32,000 nucleotides of DNA from NCBI RefSeq assembly GCF_000020025.1, contig NC_010628.1:2250001-2282000 (forward strand), in the 5' to 3' direction. Origin of the DNA: Nostoc punctiforme PCC 73102 (GTDB lineage Bacteria > Cyanobacteriota > Cyanobacteriia > Cyanobacteriales > Nostocaceae). Each line of letters starts with the position of its first letter. Position 1 is the first letter of the stretch. Of the stretch, positions 18,158 to 26,737 are shown piece by piece. The position numbers and the translations under genes are program-made. Below the pieces are notes generated by a model. The model was not told the DNA's origin, did no database searches, and saw only the letters and a program-made list of their open reading frames with translations.

Positions 18158-18306
18158 TTCTAGCTTCCTTGGGAGTCAGATTCCTCCACCTCCAAAGGTG
18201 GAAGATTTTATATTGGGATTTCAAGCAAATATTAAATCTAATAACCGATTTAAGCGTGTCTTTATACCAGCTTAAAAATCAAACAAGGCATCAAAGATCG
18301 AGTTTA

Positions 18307-18383
18307 GGTGGTGACGGTGTGATGACTTACCAATGAGTTGAGATATTGACGGCTCCCATGAACGTGAATTAGGAGAAAGAACT
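18307..18383 (+). promoter_or_regulatory. conserved 5' leader of amiC1 (paralogous to 20518-20595)
   Basis: About 80% identity over about 77 nt with the amiC2 leader, including ttgacggctcccatgaa and the AGGAGAAA Shine-Dalgarno sequence before a GTG start. Confidence 0.4.
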
Positions 18384-20279
18384 GTGAAATTACACTGGTT
18401 ACTACCCAGCACTATTGGAACTATCTTCATGCTATCGTCGCCGGCAATGGCTGCGAGACTTGAATCTTGGCGCTTTGATGCCAATCAAAACAGGCTGGAA
18501 ATTAATACTGTGGGAGCAGTTCAACCCCAGGCACAACTAATTTTCAACCCGACTCGGCTGGTAATTGATTTGCCAGGAACTACATTTGGCCGTCCGCAGC
18601 TAACCCAACAGGTGGGCGGGGGAATTCGCTCAATCCGGGTTGGGCAGTTTGATACAGAAACAACGCGCATAGTTGTAGAACTGACACCTGGTTATACTTT
18701 AGACCCCAAACGCGTCCAATTTGTTGGCACATCTGGCGATCGCTGGACGGTGCAATTACCGAGACCAGAAGTTGATCGAGTAGCCTCATTTTCTGCCTCA
18801 CCGCCGAGAAGTGCTTACACTGTCGTTACCCCAGACTCTGAGCGGCAACCTGGTATTTCAAGGGTTGCCACTACTACACGAGGGGCGACGCAAATTGAGA
18901 GCTTGACAGTAACAGGCGATGGGTTATTCCTCCGTACCAGTGGTGGCAATCCGGGGATTAAGATAATTCGCAGCCGCGATCGCGCTAGTATCTTCATAGA
19001 TGTTTCTGACGCATCTTTATCACCACGTCTGGCGCAACAGAATAATCAGCCTGTTAACAAACATGGTATTAGCCGCGTCGAATTCACTCAACTACAAAAC
19101 CAAGCTCCTATTGTTCGCTTGACTTTGCGGGTAGATAAAAATAGTCCAGATTGGCAAGCAACTAATAGTAACAGTGGTGGTTTGGTGGTTCTGCCTAGTC
19201 GCGTTGTCAGATTGCCTGGAAGTAGTAATTCGGACAATCAATCACAACCACCCTCCTTCCCAAGTAGATTATCTGCTGCTAACAACTCCCCAGCAACCAT
19301 TGAGTCTGTGCAATTGGCTGATAATGGCAGACAGCTGCTGATTAGAGCCGACCAAACTTTATCTGCCGCAGGAACCTGGGATAGATCCTCCGGTGTGTTC
19401 CGCGTCACAATTAACAATGCCAAGTTAGCTCCCAGAGTTACAGGCCCTACTTTTGCCCCCAATAGCCCCATTCTCAGGGTACGTCTGCAACCCCAAGCAG
19501 CCAACACAGTTGTTGTTTTAGTTCAACCAGCACCTGGAGTGCAACTCGATCAACCCCAGCAAATCGGCGACCAGCTTTTGGCTATACCAATACAAGGTTC
19601 TCGTCGAATTGTTTCCCTTCCCGGAAGACCGTCCTTTGCTTTACCTGGGCTACCACCACCAAACCGGGGGCCATTCCCAGACCCAAACAATCCCAACCCC
19701 CAGCCCCAATTCCAACCACAGCGCCGGGTTACCAATGGACGAGTGGTAGTCATTATTGACCCAGGACATGGCGGTAAAGACTCAGGAGCGCTTGGTATTG
19801 GAGGGGCACGTGAAAAGGATGTGATCTTGCCTATTGGTAAAAGACTGGCACAGATTTTGCAGCAAAATGGGGTACAAGTAGTTATGACCAGGGATTCTGA
19901 CTATTTTGTTACCCTTCCGGGAAGAGTGCAATTAGCAGAGCGAGCTAATGCTGATGTGTTTGTGAGTATCCACGCTAACTCAGCAGGCGCGAGTCGTCCC
20001 GATGTTAATGGCTTGGAAGTCTATTATTACGACAGTGGTCTGGATCTTGCTCGCGTTGTCCGTAGTAGCATACTTCAAAGTATTGGTACTCTCAAAGACA
20101 GGGGAGTCCGGCGAGCCAGGTTTTATGTTCTCAGAAAAAGTTCTATGCCCTCCATTCTCGTGGAAACGGGTTATATGACTGGTCGAGAGGATATGGCTAG
20201 GCTGAGAACCTCAGCTTACCAAAATCAAATGGCAGAAGCGATCGCTCGTGGCGTTCTTCAGTATTTAAAGAGAAGATAA
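18384..20279 (+). CDS. amiC1: N-acetylmuramoyl-L-alanine amidase AmiC1 (signal peptide, two AMIN domains, Pro-rich linker, Amidase_3 domain)
   Basis: 631 aa with a GTG start. Signal peptide ...SSPAMA, AMIN repeats (LESWRFD..., IESVQLADNG...), catalytic domain VVIIDPGHGGKDSGA...SIHANS...VLVETGY. First of the tandem pair upstream of murI, as in Nostoc/Anabaena. Confidence 0.9.
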   Translation: MKLHWLLPSTIGTIFMLSSPAMAARLESWRFDANQNRLEINTVGAVQPQAQLIFNPTRLVIDLPGTTFGRPQLTQQVGGGIRSIRVGQFDTETTRIVVELTPGYTLDPKRVQFVGTSGDRWTVQLPRPEVDRVASFSASPPRSAYTVVTPDSERQPGISRVATTTRGATQIESLTVTGDGLFLRTSGGNPGIKIIRSRDRASIFIDVSDASLSPRLAQQNNQPVNKHGISRVEFTQLQNQAPIVRLTLRVDKNSPDWQATNSNSGGLVVLPSRVVRLPGSSNSDNQSQPPSFPSRLSAANNSPATIESVQLADNGRQLLIRADQTLSAAGTWDRSSGVFRVTINNAKLAPRVTGPTFAPNSPILRVRLQPQAANTVVVLVQPAPGVQLDQPQQIGDQLLAIPIQGSRRIVSLPGRPSFALPGLPPPNRGPFPDPNNPNPQPQFQPQRRVTNGRVVVIIDPGHGGKDSGALGIGGAREKDVILPIGKRLAQILQQNGVQVVMTRDSDYFVTLPGRVQLAERANADVFVSIHANSAGASRPDVNGLEVYYYDSGLDLARVVRSSILQSIGTLKDRGVRRARFYVLRKSSMPSILVETGYMTGREDMARLRTSAYQNQMAEAIARGVLQYLKRR

Positions 20280-20517
20280 GTAATTTAGTCGAAATTATTG
20301 AGTAAATACATCTAATCTTTACCATGTTTATCCAATTTAGTAGTAAAACCAATTTAAGTATTATTGCGGCGGGACAAGAGTAGCATCTTTGTTATTGTCA
20401 TCTGATGCTTTACAAGTCAAATTTATCTAGGCTAATGGATAGCATGGCAAAATCAGAGGAGCGTGCTATATTTTACGCCATTAGCTGTGTCTTAATAACA
20501 GCGTAATACTCAAGTGT

Positions 20518-20595
20518 ATGCGGTGATGGTGTGAGGATTTGCCAATATATTGAAATTTTGACGGCTCCCATGAATGTGAATCAGGAGAAAAGACT
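20518..20595 (+). promoter_or_regulatory. conserved 5' leader of amiC2 (paralogous to 18307-18383)
   Basis: See the 18307-18383 entry. Confidence 0.4.
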
Positions 20596-22491
20596 GTGAA
20601 ATTACGCTGGTTACTATCCAGTACTATTGGAACTATCTTCATGCTATCGTCGCCCGCAATGGCTGCGAAACTTGAATATTGGCGTTTTGATGTCAATCAA
20701 AACAAGCTGGAAATTAATACTTTAGGGAATGTTCAACCCCAAGCACAATTAATTTTTAACCCTACTCGTTTAGTAATTGATTTACCAGGAACGACATTTG
20801 GCCGTCCGCAGCTAACCCAACAGGTGGGCGGTGCAATTCGTGCTATCCGTGTTGGGCAGTTTGACGAACAAACAACGCGCATAGTCGTTGAACTGACTCC
20901 TGGTTATACTTTAGACCCCAAGGGAGTACAATTTGTTGGTAGAACTGGCGATCGCTGGACGGTGCAATTACCCACGCCAGTGGCCGAAAATGTTCCCTCA
21001 ATAAATACTGGTGGGCAACAACAAGCTATAGCAACACAACCCTCACTGAGAACATCTCCATCTGTGTTCTCCCCAAGAGATATTTACAACGTGGTGAGAA
21101 CAAGCCCTATTAATCCACCTAAAAACGGGATGCTTGCCGCCAGGGTAACTCAAATTGAGAACTTACAAGTTACAGGCGATGGTTTTTTCATCCGTACCAA
21201 TGGTGGTAATCCTCAGATTCAGGTAAATCGTAGCAACGATCAAAGAGAAATTAACATCGACATTGCCAGCGCTACTTTATCACCAAGTCTAGAGCAACGC
21301 GATTTGTCGATTAATCGTTATGGTGTCAGCCGTATTCAGTTCAGCCAACTACAAACAAGCCCATCTGTTGTTCGCATGACTTTACAGGTGGATGAAAATA
21401 GTCAAAATTGGCGAGCAACTAATAGTAACAGTAGTGGTTTTGTGCTTTTGCCCAGTCGTGGCATTGCTCAGTTCCCTGGAGGTAATAATAATCCACGCCC
21501 CATACCATCTAGTACAGGTACAGCAACTATTGAGTCTGTGCAACTGGCTAATAATGGCACACAACTGCTGATTAGAGCAGACCAAGCTTTATCTGCAACA
21601 GGAGGCTGGGATAGAACTTCTGGTCTGTACCGCATTACCATCAACAATGCTCGGCTAGCTCCCAAAGTTACAGGCCCGACTTTTAATTCTAATAGCCCTA
21701 TCCTGCGAGTCCGCCTGCAACCCCAAGAATCTAATACAGTCACCGTCTTGGTTCAGCCAGCAGCCGGAGTGCAAATTGGCGAACTTAATCAAGTTGGCGA
21801 CCAGCTTTTGGCTCTAGAATTACAACGTTCTGGTAGCGTTACACAGCAGCCCATTGATTTACCTCCTTTATCGCCAAACCAAGGTCAATTTCCCAACTCC
21901 ATAGATAATCCCCCTCCTATATCTCGGCCACAGCCTCGCCCCTCTGTTCCTAGAGGGAAATTACTAGTTGTGATTGACCCAGGACATGGTGGAAAAGACT
22001 CAGGCGCTCCTGGTCTAGGTGGGCTTTTAGAAAAGGATGTAATTCTGCCTATTGGTAAAAGGGTAGCTGCAATTTTAGAGCAACATGGTGTACAAGCAGT
22101 ATTAACGCGGGATGCTGACTTTTTCGTAGAACTTCAGGGAAGGGTAGAAATTGCCGAGCGAGTTAATGCAACTGCATTTGTCAGCATTCACGCTAATTCT
22201 GTTGACAATCGCCCTGATGTGAATGGGTTAGAAGTATATTATTACGATAGCGGTTATGCTTTGGCAGAAGTAGTTCGCAATACTATTCTGCAAAACATCG
22301 ATACAATCAAAAACCGAGGAACCCGCAAAGCCAGATTCTACGTTCTCAGGAAAAGCTCTATGCCCTCGATTTTAGTAGAAACAGGTTATATGACTGGTCG
22401 AGAAGACAATCCCAGATTGGCATCACGAGAGTATCAAAATCAGATGGCAGAAGCGATCGCTCGTGGCATCCTAAAATACTTACAGCGTTAA
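20596..22491 (+). CDS. amiC2: N-acetylmuramoyl-L-alanine amidase AmiC2 (septal nanopore-forming amidase paralogue)
   Basis: 631 aa with a GTG start and the same architecture as AmiC1. The N-terminal AMIN domain and the catalytic domain are highly similar, while the inter-AMIN and Pro-rich linkers are divergent. Confidence 0.9.
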   Translation: MKLRWLLSSTIGTIFMLSSPAMAAKLEYWRFDVNQNKLEINTLGNVQPQAQLIFNPTRLVIDLPGTTFGRPQLTQQVGGAIRAIRVGQFDEQTTRIVVELTPGYTLDPKGVQFVGRTGDRWTVQLPTPVAENVPSINTGGQQQAIATQPSLRTSPSVFSPRDIYNVVRTSPINPPKNGMLAARVTQIENLQVTGDGFFIRTNGGNPQIQVNRSNDQREINIDIASATLSPSLEQRDLSINRYGVSRIQFSQLQTSPSVVRMTLQVDENSQNWRATNSNSSGFVLLPSRGIAQFPGGNNNPRPIPSSTGTATIESVQLANNGTQLLIRADQALSATGGWDRTSGLYRITINNARLAPKVTGPTFNSNSPILRVRLQPQESNTVTVLVQPAAGVQIGELNQVGDQLLALELQRSGSVTQQPIDLPPLSPNQGQFPNSIDNPPPISRPQPRPSVPRGKLLVVIDPGHGGKDSGAPGLGGLLEKDVILPIGKRVAAILEQHGVQAVLTRDADFFVELQGRVEIAERVNATAFVSIHANSVDNRPDVNGLEVYYYDSGYALAEVVRNTILQNIDTIKNRGTRKARFYVLRKSSMPSILVETGYMTGREDNPRLASREYQNQMAEAIARGILKYLQR

Positions 22492-22618
22492 CCTAGTACA
22501 AATTACTATTAAAAGGTGGTATTTAGAATCCTTTGGCGTGCAGAATTTAGTGGTCAATTAGCCGATTGTCTGCTAAATTCTGTATTTTAAATCCCAAAAC
22601 CTAAATTAATATCAGCCT

Positions 22619-23485
22619 GTGTATTCATCTTCGATCTTTGAAGCGAATCTGGACGATTTTTCGGCTCTTGAACCCCAACGTGCCCCAATTGGCATCTTTG
22701 ACAGTGGTGTGGGTGGATTGACGGTACTGCGACAAATATATCGGCAACTCCCCAATGAATCAATTGTTTACTTTGGGGATACAGCCCGACTTCCTTATGG
22801 AATTCGTTCACAAGCAGAAATTTTACAATTTACGCGCGAAATTCTTACCTGGCTACAACAGCAGCAGGTAAAAATGGTAATTATGGCTTGCAATACTAGT
22901 TCTGCCCTAGCCCTAGAAACCGTTCGTCAAGAATTCAACATACCGATTTTAGGGGTGATTCTACCGGGTGCAAAAGCTGCGGTGCAGGAAGGAAAGCGGA
23001 TTGGTGTAATTGCCACTCCAGCTACGGCAAAAAGTAATGCTTATAAGCACGCCATTCTCGAAATTGCTCCTGATGTTCAAGTCTGGCAAGTTGGATGTCC
23101 AGAGTTTGTGCCACTTATTGAGCAAAACCGGATTCACGACCCCTACACTGCGGAAGTGGCAAGAGCCTACTTAGAGCCTTTACTAGAGCAAGAAATTGAC
23201 ACCTTAGTTCATGGCTGTACCCATTATCCCCACCTTACACCAGTATTGCGATCGCTCCTTCCCTCTCAAGTCAAGCTAGTTGACCCAGCTGTTCATGTCG
23301 TGGCAGCTTGTGCCCAAGAGTTAGACTTGCTAGGCTTAAAAAATACTCACCCCCCACTACCAACTCGTTTCGCTGTTAGCGGGTGTCCACAACAATTTTC
23401 CCAGTCAGGAGTGCAATGGCTAGGCTATACCCCGATGGTTGAAGAGGTTCGCTTTAATGATAGCGCTATTTCCCAACTTCTTTGA
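22619..23485 (+). CDS. murI: glutamate racemase
   Basis: IGIFDSGVGGLTVL, MACNTSSA and HGCTHYP motifs (the two catalytic Cys regions). Confidence 0.9.
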   Translation: MYSSSIFEANLDDFSALEPQRAPIGIFDSGVGGLTVLRQIYRQLPNESIVYFGDTARLPYGIRSQAEILQFTREILTWLQQQQVKMVIMACNTSSALALETVRQEFNIPILGVILPGAKAAVQEGKRIGVIATPATAKSNAYKHAILEIAPDVQVWQVGCPEFVPLIEQNRIHDPYTAEVARAYLEPLLEQEIDTLVHGCTHYPHLTPVLRSLLPSQVKLVDPAVHVVAACAQELDLLGLKNTHPPLPTRFAVSGCPQQFSQSGVQWLGYTPMVEEVRFNDSAISQLL

Positions 23486-23487
23486 AG

Positions 23488-23612
23488 GAGGCAGGGGGCA
23501 GGGGGCAGGGGGAAGAGGAAGGAAGACAAGGGAGAGGGGGGAGACAAAGAAGGGAATTGTTTAATAATTCTCCCTTATTCCTCTTGTCCTCCTTGTCCCT
23601 CTGCTGCCTATT
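23488..23612. repeat. purine-rich G-tract block (GCAGGGG x3, G6) followed by a partially complementary pyrimidine-rich block; long imperfect hairpin between convergent genes
   Basis: ggcagggggcagggggcagggggaagaggaaggaagacaagggagaggggggagacaaagaagggaatt ... aattctcccttattcctcttgtcctccttgtccctctgctgcc. It lies between the murI stop (23485) and the msrB stop (23640). Confidence 0.55.
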
Positions 23613-23639
23613 TGTATCAACCTTAGAGTGAAACGTAAA

Positions 23640-24134
23640 TTAGGCGGGAGTAAACTTCAGCGAAACACCGTTCATACAGTAGCGCTTGCCTGTGGGTGCA
23701 GGTCCGTCATCAAAAACATGACCAAGATGACCACCACAACGGCTACAATGTACTTCAACTCTGGTCATAAACAGTGACTTATCTACAGTAGTAGCGATCG
23801 CACCTTCAATCGGGTTAAAGAAGCTTGGCCAGCCAGTACCACTGTTAAATTTGGTATCAGAGGTAAACAGTGGCAGTTCACACGCGGCACAATAATAAGT
23901 ACCCTTGTCATACTCCTTATCTAATGCGCTGGTGTGAGGGCGTTCAGTCCCGTGTTTACGCAATACATTAAACTGTTCTGGCGTTAAAATTGTGCGCCAC
24001 TCTTCTTCTGGTTTGGTAATTTCAAATCCACTATTAGATGTTGTCACCGCTTTTGCCCCCCAGTTGATATACCTTGATAACAATGCTGTGCCGACTATTA
24101 CCGCACTAGCCTGTAAAAAATATCGTTTGTCCAT
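23640..24134 (-). CDS. msrB: peptide-methionine (R)-S-oxide reductase MsrB with an N-terminal export signal
   Basis: SelR domain with the Zn site CAAC...CSRC and the catalytic GKRYCMNG motif. The N-terminus MDKRYFLQASAVIVGTALLS...GAKA looks like a Sec/Tat-type signal peptide. Confidence 0.9.
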   Translation of the reverse strand: MDKRYFLQASAVIVGTALLSRYINWGAKAVTTSNSGFEITKPEEEWRTILTPEQFNVLRKHGTERPHTSALDKEYDKGTYYCAACELPLFTSDTKFNSGTGWPSFFNPIEGAIATTVDKSLFMTRVEVHCSRCGGHLGHVFDDGPAPTGKRYCMNGVSLKFTPA

Positions 24135-24269
24135 ATATCTATTATTTTCTATTTTCCGGTTAACTGGGCAATCAACTCCAGTACGGAATTCCCTACTTAA
24201 TCACTATAATCAGCGATCGCTCTGAATTAACGCTGATAAAGTGATTAAAATTAGCTAAGAAACAAAAAA

Positions 24270-24880
24270 TTATTCTGCAATCAAACACTGTAAGGAATCG
24301 GAATCAAGTTGACTTGATTTTGAATAGACCTGGATATGTAGCGACGCCCAATCATCATCTTCATCAGAGGTAGTTGTTAACTCCTGAGTAGTCCCCTGTT
24401 TACCCTGATTCGTCAAAAATACAAATGCGCGATTGAGCCGCTTTACCCCACTGAGCGTAATTAGGGCCAGTAGCCCTCCTAATAATCCCATTTGCCACAG
24501 ACCACAACCAATCGCAGCCCCCAACCCGGCCGCAGTCTAGACACAGGCGACTGTAGTTAAACCTTTTACTTTTGGTGTTGCAGATTTTCTAGGAGACTCT
24601 TGTAAAATCAATCCGGCTCCGAGAAATCCTATCCCGGTAGCTACACCCTGAATGGTGGACTCAGTGCATTGGTGGCAGCATAAGGACTATCGCCCTCAGC
24701 CTGCAAAGGAATCATTACGAATAGTGCTGCTCCCATACTCACGAGCATAAATGTTCTCATCCCTGCTGGTCTACCCCCTTGCTGACGGTTAAATCCAATC
24801 AGGCAACCAACCAGAAGCGCCAAAGACAATCTAAACGCTATATGTGGCCAATCGTTGGCAGTAATAAACATCGGCCCCAT
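24270..24880 (-). pseudogene. mgtC: MgtC/SapB-family membrane protein gene interrupted by one frameshift and one in-frame TAG
   Basis: Fragments 24641-24880 (...LVGCLIGFNRQQGGRPAGMRTFMLVSMGAALF...) and 24270-24524. The middle piece reads TIQGVATGIGFLGAGLIL...KGLTTVACV*TAAGLGAAIG in a second frame. TAG at 24537-24539 sits where the family has Trp (TGG). Confidence 0.75.
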
Positions 24881-25094
24881 TACCTTTTTCCCCCTAGAGA
24901 CAGAATGGAATTTTGCGCCTATTGCCAGTCAGCTAGATGGCTACCCACGTTTGTAGCTGAAAACCCAAATACAGTAAATCAATAGGTTTGGCGTACATTA
25001 AGGTTAATTTAACAGAAGGTTAGAAATAAGTAAACTAATATACACAAAACTGCCATTGCTGTATAAAGTTTTCCTGCAAAAGCGAATGCTCTCT

Positions 25095-25209
25095 CAATAC
25101 TTTTCGGATAAATCCAATAATCTTTCTTTTGGTCTGGGAAAAGGTTAAAGGGCAATGGGGAAAGGGAAATTCAAACCCTTTCCCTTTCCCCAAAACCCGA
25201 AAAGTATTG
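25095..25209. mobile_element. MITE-like small element (115 bp) with 13-bp terminal inverted repeats, an internal G/C-rich hairpin and a 10-bp flanking direct repeat
   Basis: TIR caatacttttcgg (25095-25107) pairs with ccgaaaagtattg (25197-25209). The flanking direct repeat AATGCTCTCT is at 25085-25094 and 25210-25219. The internal palindrome is ggggaaaggg...ccctttcccc. Confidence 0.6.
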
Positions 25210-25330
25210 AATGCTCTCTAGCAGGAATTCGACCTTCTATTATGAGCAATGGACTTCCAGTCTGAGGGTAATTTTGTATATTTTTAAATGTGATGTCTGC
25301 AACAGGCTACGCCTACGCATTCTGTCTAGA

Positions 25331-26632
25331 TCAACCAAAACTTTGAACAACATACATATCATTACCAGTATCCCCTACTAAAAGCAAGTTACTGTCATCA
25401 CTTTCTAGATTTCGACTGCCAGCAATACCCTTTTGCAGGACTTTAATCAGCCTTTGGGGAGAGAAAGATTCTAATTCCACAAACTTTCCAGATTCTAACC
25501 ATGCTAATTCTTCAGCAGACAAAGTTTGACGAATCTCTTGAGGTAATTGTTTAGCTACTTGCGCCGAATCTAGAGAAGATTGAATGAACATTCCGCGTTT
25601 AGTAGCGATAATTTGACTTGGCGTTAATCCGATATCAATAATTGCAATCTCGCTATTGAGAAACCAACTATCATTGCTTCTCAAATTATGAACTAAACTA
25701 ATTCCTCGTGGATTGCAATCATGAACTGCATATACTTTCAAATCGGGATTGCGGCGTAGCATTTGCATTGTGGTGTCAAAAATGCTTTGGGGATATCCAG
25801 TAATGCTGAGAATTGCACAGTTATTTTCAAAGTGAAAATTATTAGCAATTAATAGTTGAGCAATATTAGCACTATCACAAACAACTAATCTATCGAAACT
25901 GTAAGCAGTCACATCAGGATTAACCGTAGCTGGTGTATTTTCCTCACGCGGAAAAGGTAGGATTTTAAGAATTGAACCATTGATTTTCTGCCATCGGTTT
26001 AACCAACCTTGAAAATCATTTTGAGAAAATGAAAACTCCTGTGCAAATTTAGTTTGTCCTAGCTGTCGAGTTCCCCAGTATATCGACAGCATCCCTAGAA
26101 TAACGGCGATGACAAATAGACTAAACGAGTTATATATAATTAAGCTAGCAACAATTCCTACAGCAAGAATAATGCCTCCTATTATTTGTAAGCATCTAGC
26201 ATATTCTTGGCGAGGCTTAATATGTGTTTTCTTTGATGTAGATTTTGTATATAAATATAATACAAAGCATATATTAAATAGAATAGATACTGTCAGGAAA
26301 GAATTAGCACCAAACAAGAAGGAAGCAAATCCACCTATGAATCCTGGTGCCCAAACATTAAAAAATAGATATATAAACAACAAACCAAATATTGAAGTAG
26401 ACTTGGATTTTATCCGATTATCTAATAAATAAAGCAGTTGCTTGGGTGTAAAAAATAAGGTGTGATTTGCAGAAATATCAGCGATCGCCTTTGCAAAAAA
26501 AGGATCAGTAATCTTAACTTTACTCATACTGGTCGGTTCAAAGGCAAAGGGATGATTGCATTTTATACACCGACCTTGATTAGCTGTCCGGTCTTTTAGT
26601 TTATTGTCAGTTCCGCAGTTAATGCACTTCAT
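25331..26632 (-). CDS. uncharacterised protein: N-terminal zinc ribbon, four TM helices, C-terminal Toprim-like (Spo11/TopoVI-A C-terminal-like) domain
   Basis: 433 aa. CINCG...CIKCNH zinc ribbon, two hydrophobic hairpins (about residues 80-125 and 150-190). The C-terminal segment is RLVVCDSANIAQLL...AILSITGYPQSIFDTTMQMLRRNPDLKVYAVHDCNPRGISLV. This mirrors the Toprim layout vVEK...litgKGyPd..TR.fl..L...pvy.l.D.DP.G..I. Confidence 0.75.
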   Translation of the reverse strand: MKCINCGTDNKLKDRTANQGRCIKCNHPFAFEPTSMSKVKITDPFFAKAIADISANHTLFFTPKQLLYLLDNRIKSKSTSIFGLLFIYLFFNVWAPGFIGGFASFLFGANSFLTVSILFNICFVLYLYTKSTSKKTHIKPRQEYARCLQIIGGIILAVGIVASLIIYNSFSLFVIAVILGMLSIYWGTRQLGQTKFAQEFSFSQNDFQGWLNRWQKINGSILKILPFPREENTPATVNPDVTAYSFDRLVVCDSANIAQLLIANNFHFENNCAILSITGYPQSIFDTTMQMLRRNPDLKVYAVHDCNPRGISLVHNLRSNDSWFLNSEIAIIDIGLTPSQIIATKRGMFIQSSLDSAQVAKQLPQEIRQTLSAEELAWLESGKFVELESFSPQRLIKVLQKGIAGSRNLESDDSNLLLVGDTGNDMYVVQSFG

Positions 26633-26660
26633 AATGGTTGCCCAATGTTATTTATTAATT

Positions 26661-26736
26661 GTTGGGAAGGTAAGAGGCAAGAGGAAAGAAGGCTTTTTGA
26701 GTTGTATGGAGTTTTTTCACACAATCAAATATGAGT
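26661..26736. repeat. small dispersed repeat, copy B (inverted relative to copy A at 3486-3560)
   Basis: Hand alignment gives about 88% identity with one 1-nt gap. It occupies most of the spacer between the LysA-like stop and the Zn-ribbon gene start. Confidence 0.7.
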
Positions 26737-26737
26737 C

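Noticed and set aside
18350-18372. Tiny uORF ATGAACGTGAATTAG in the amiC1 leader
   Set aside because: In the amiC2 copy the stop is not conserved (ATGAATGTGAATCAG... continues in another frame). A conserved leader peptide is therefore not supported.
18272-18484. Antisense ORFs over the amiC1 and amiC2 starts (18272-18484 and 20481-20696) that are similar to each other
   Set aside because: Their similarity is a by-product of the amiC duplication. They lie antisense to signal-peptide coding sequence, and so do the other internal antisense ORFs in amiC1 and amiC2.
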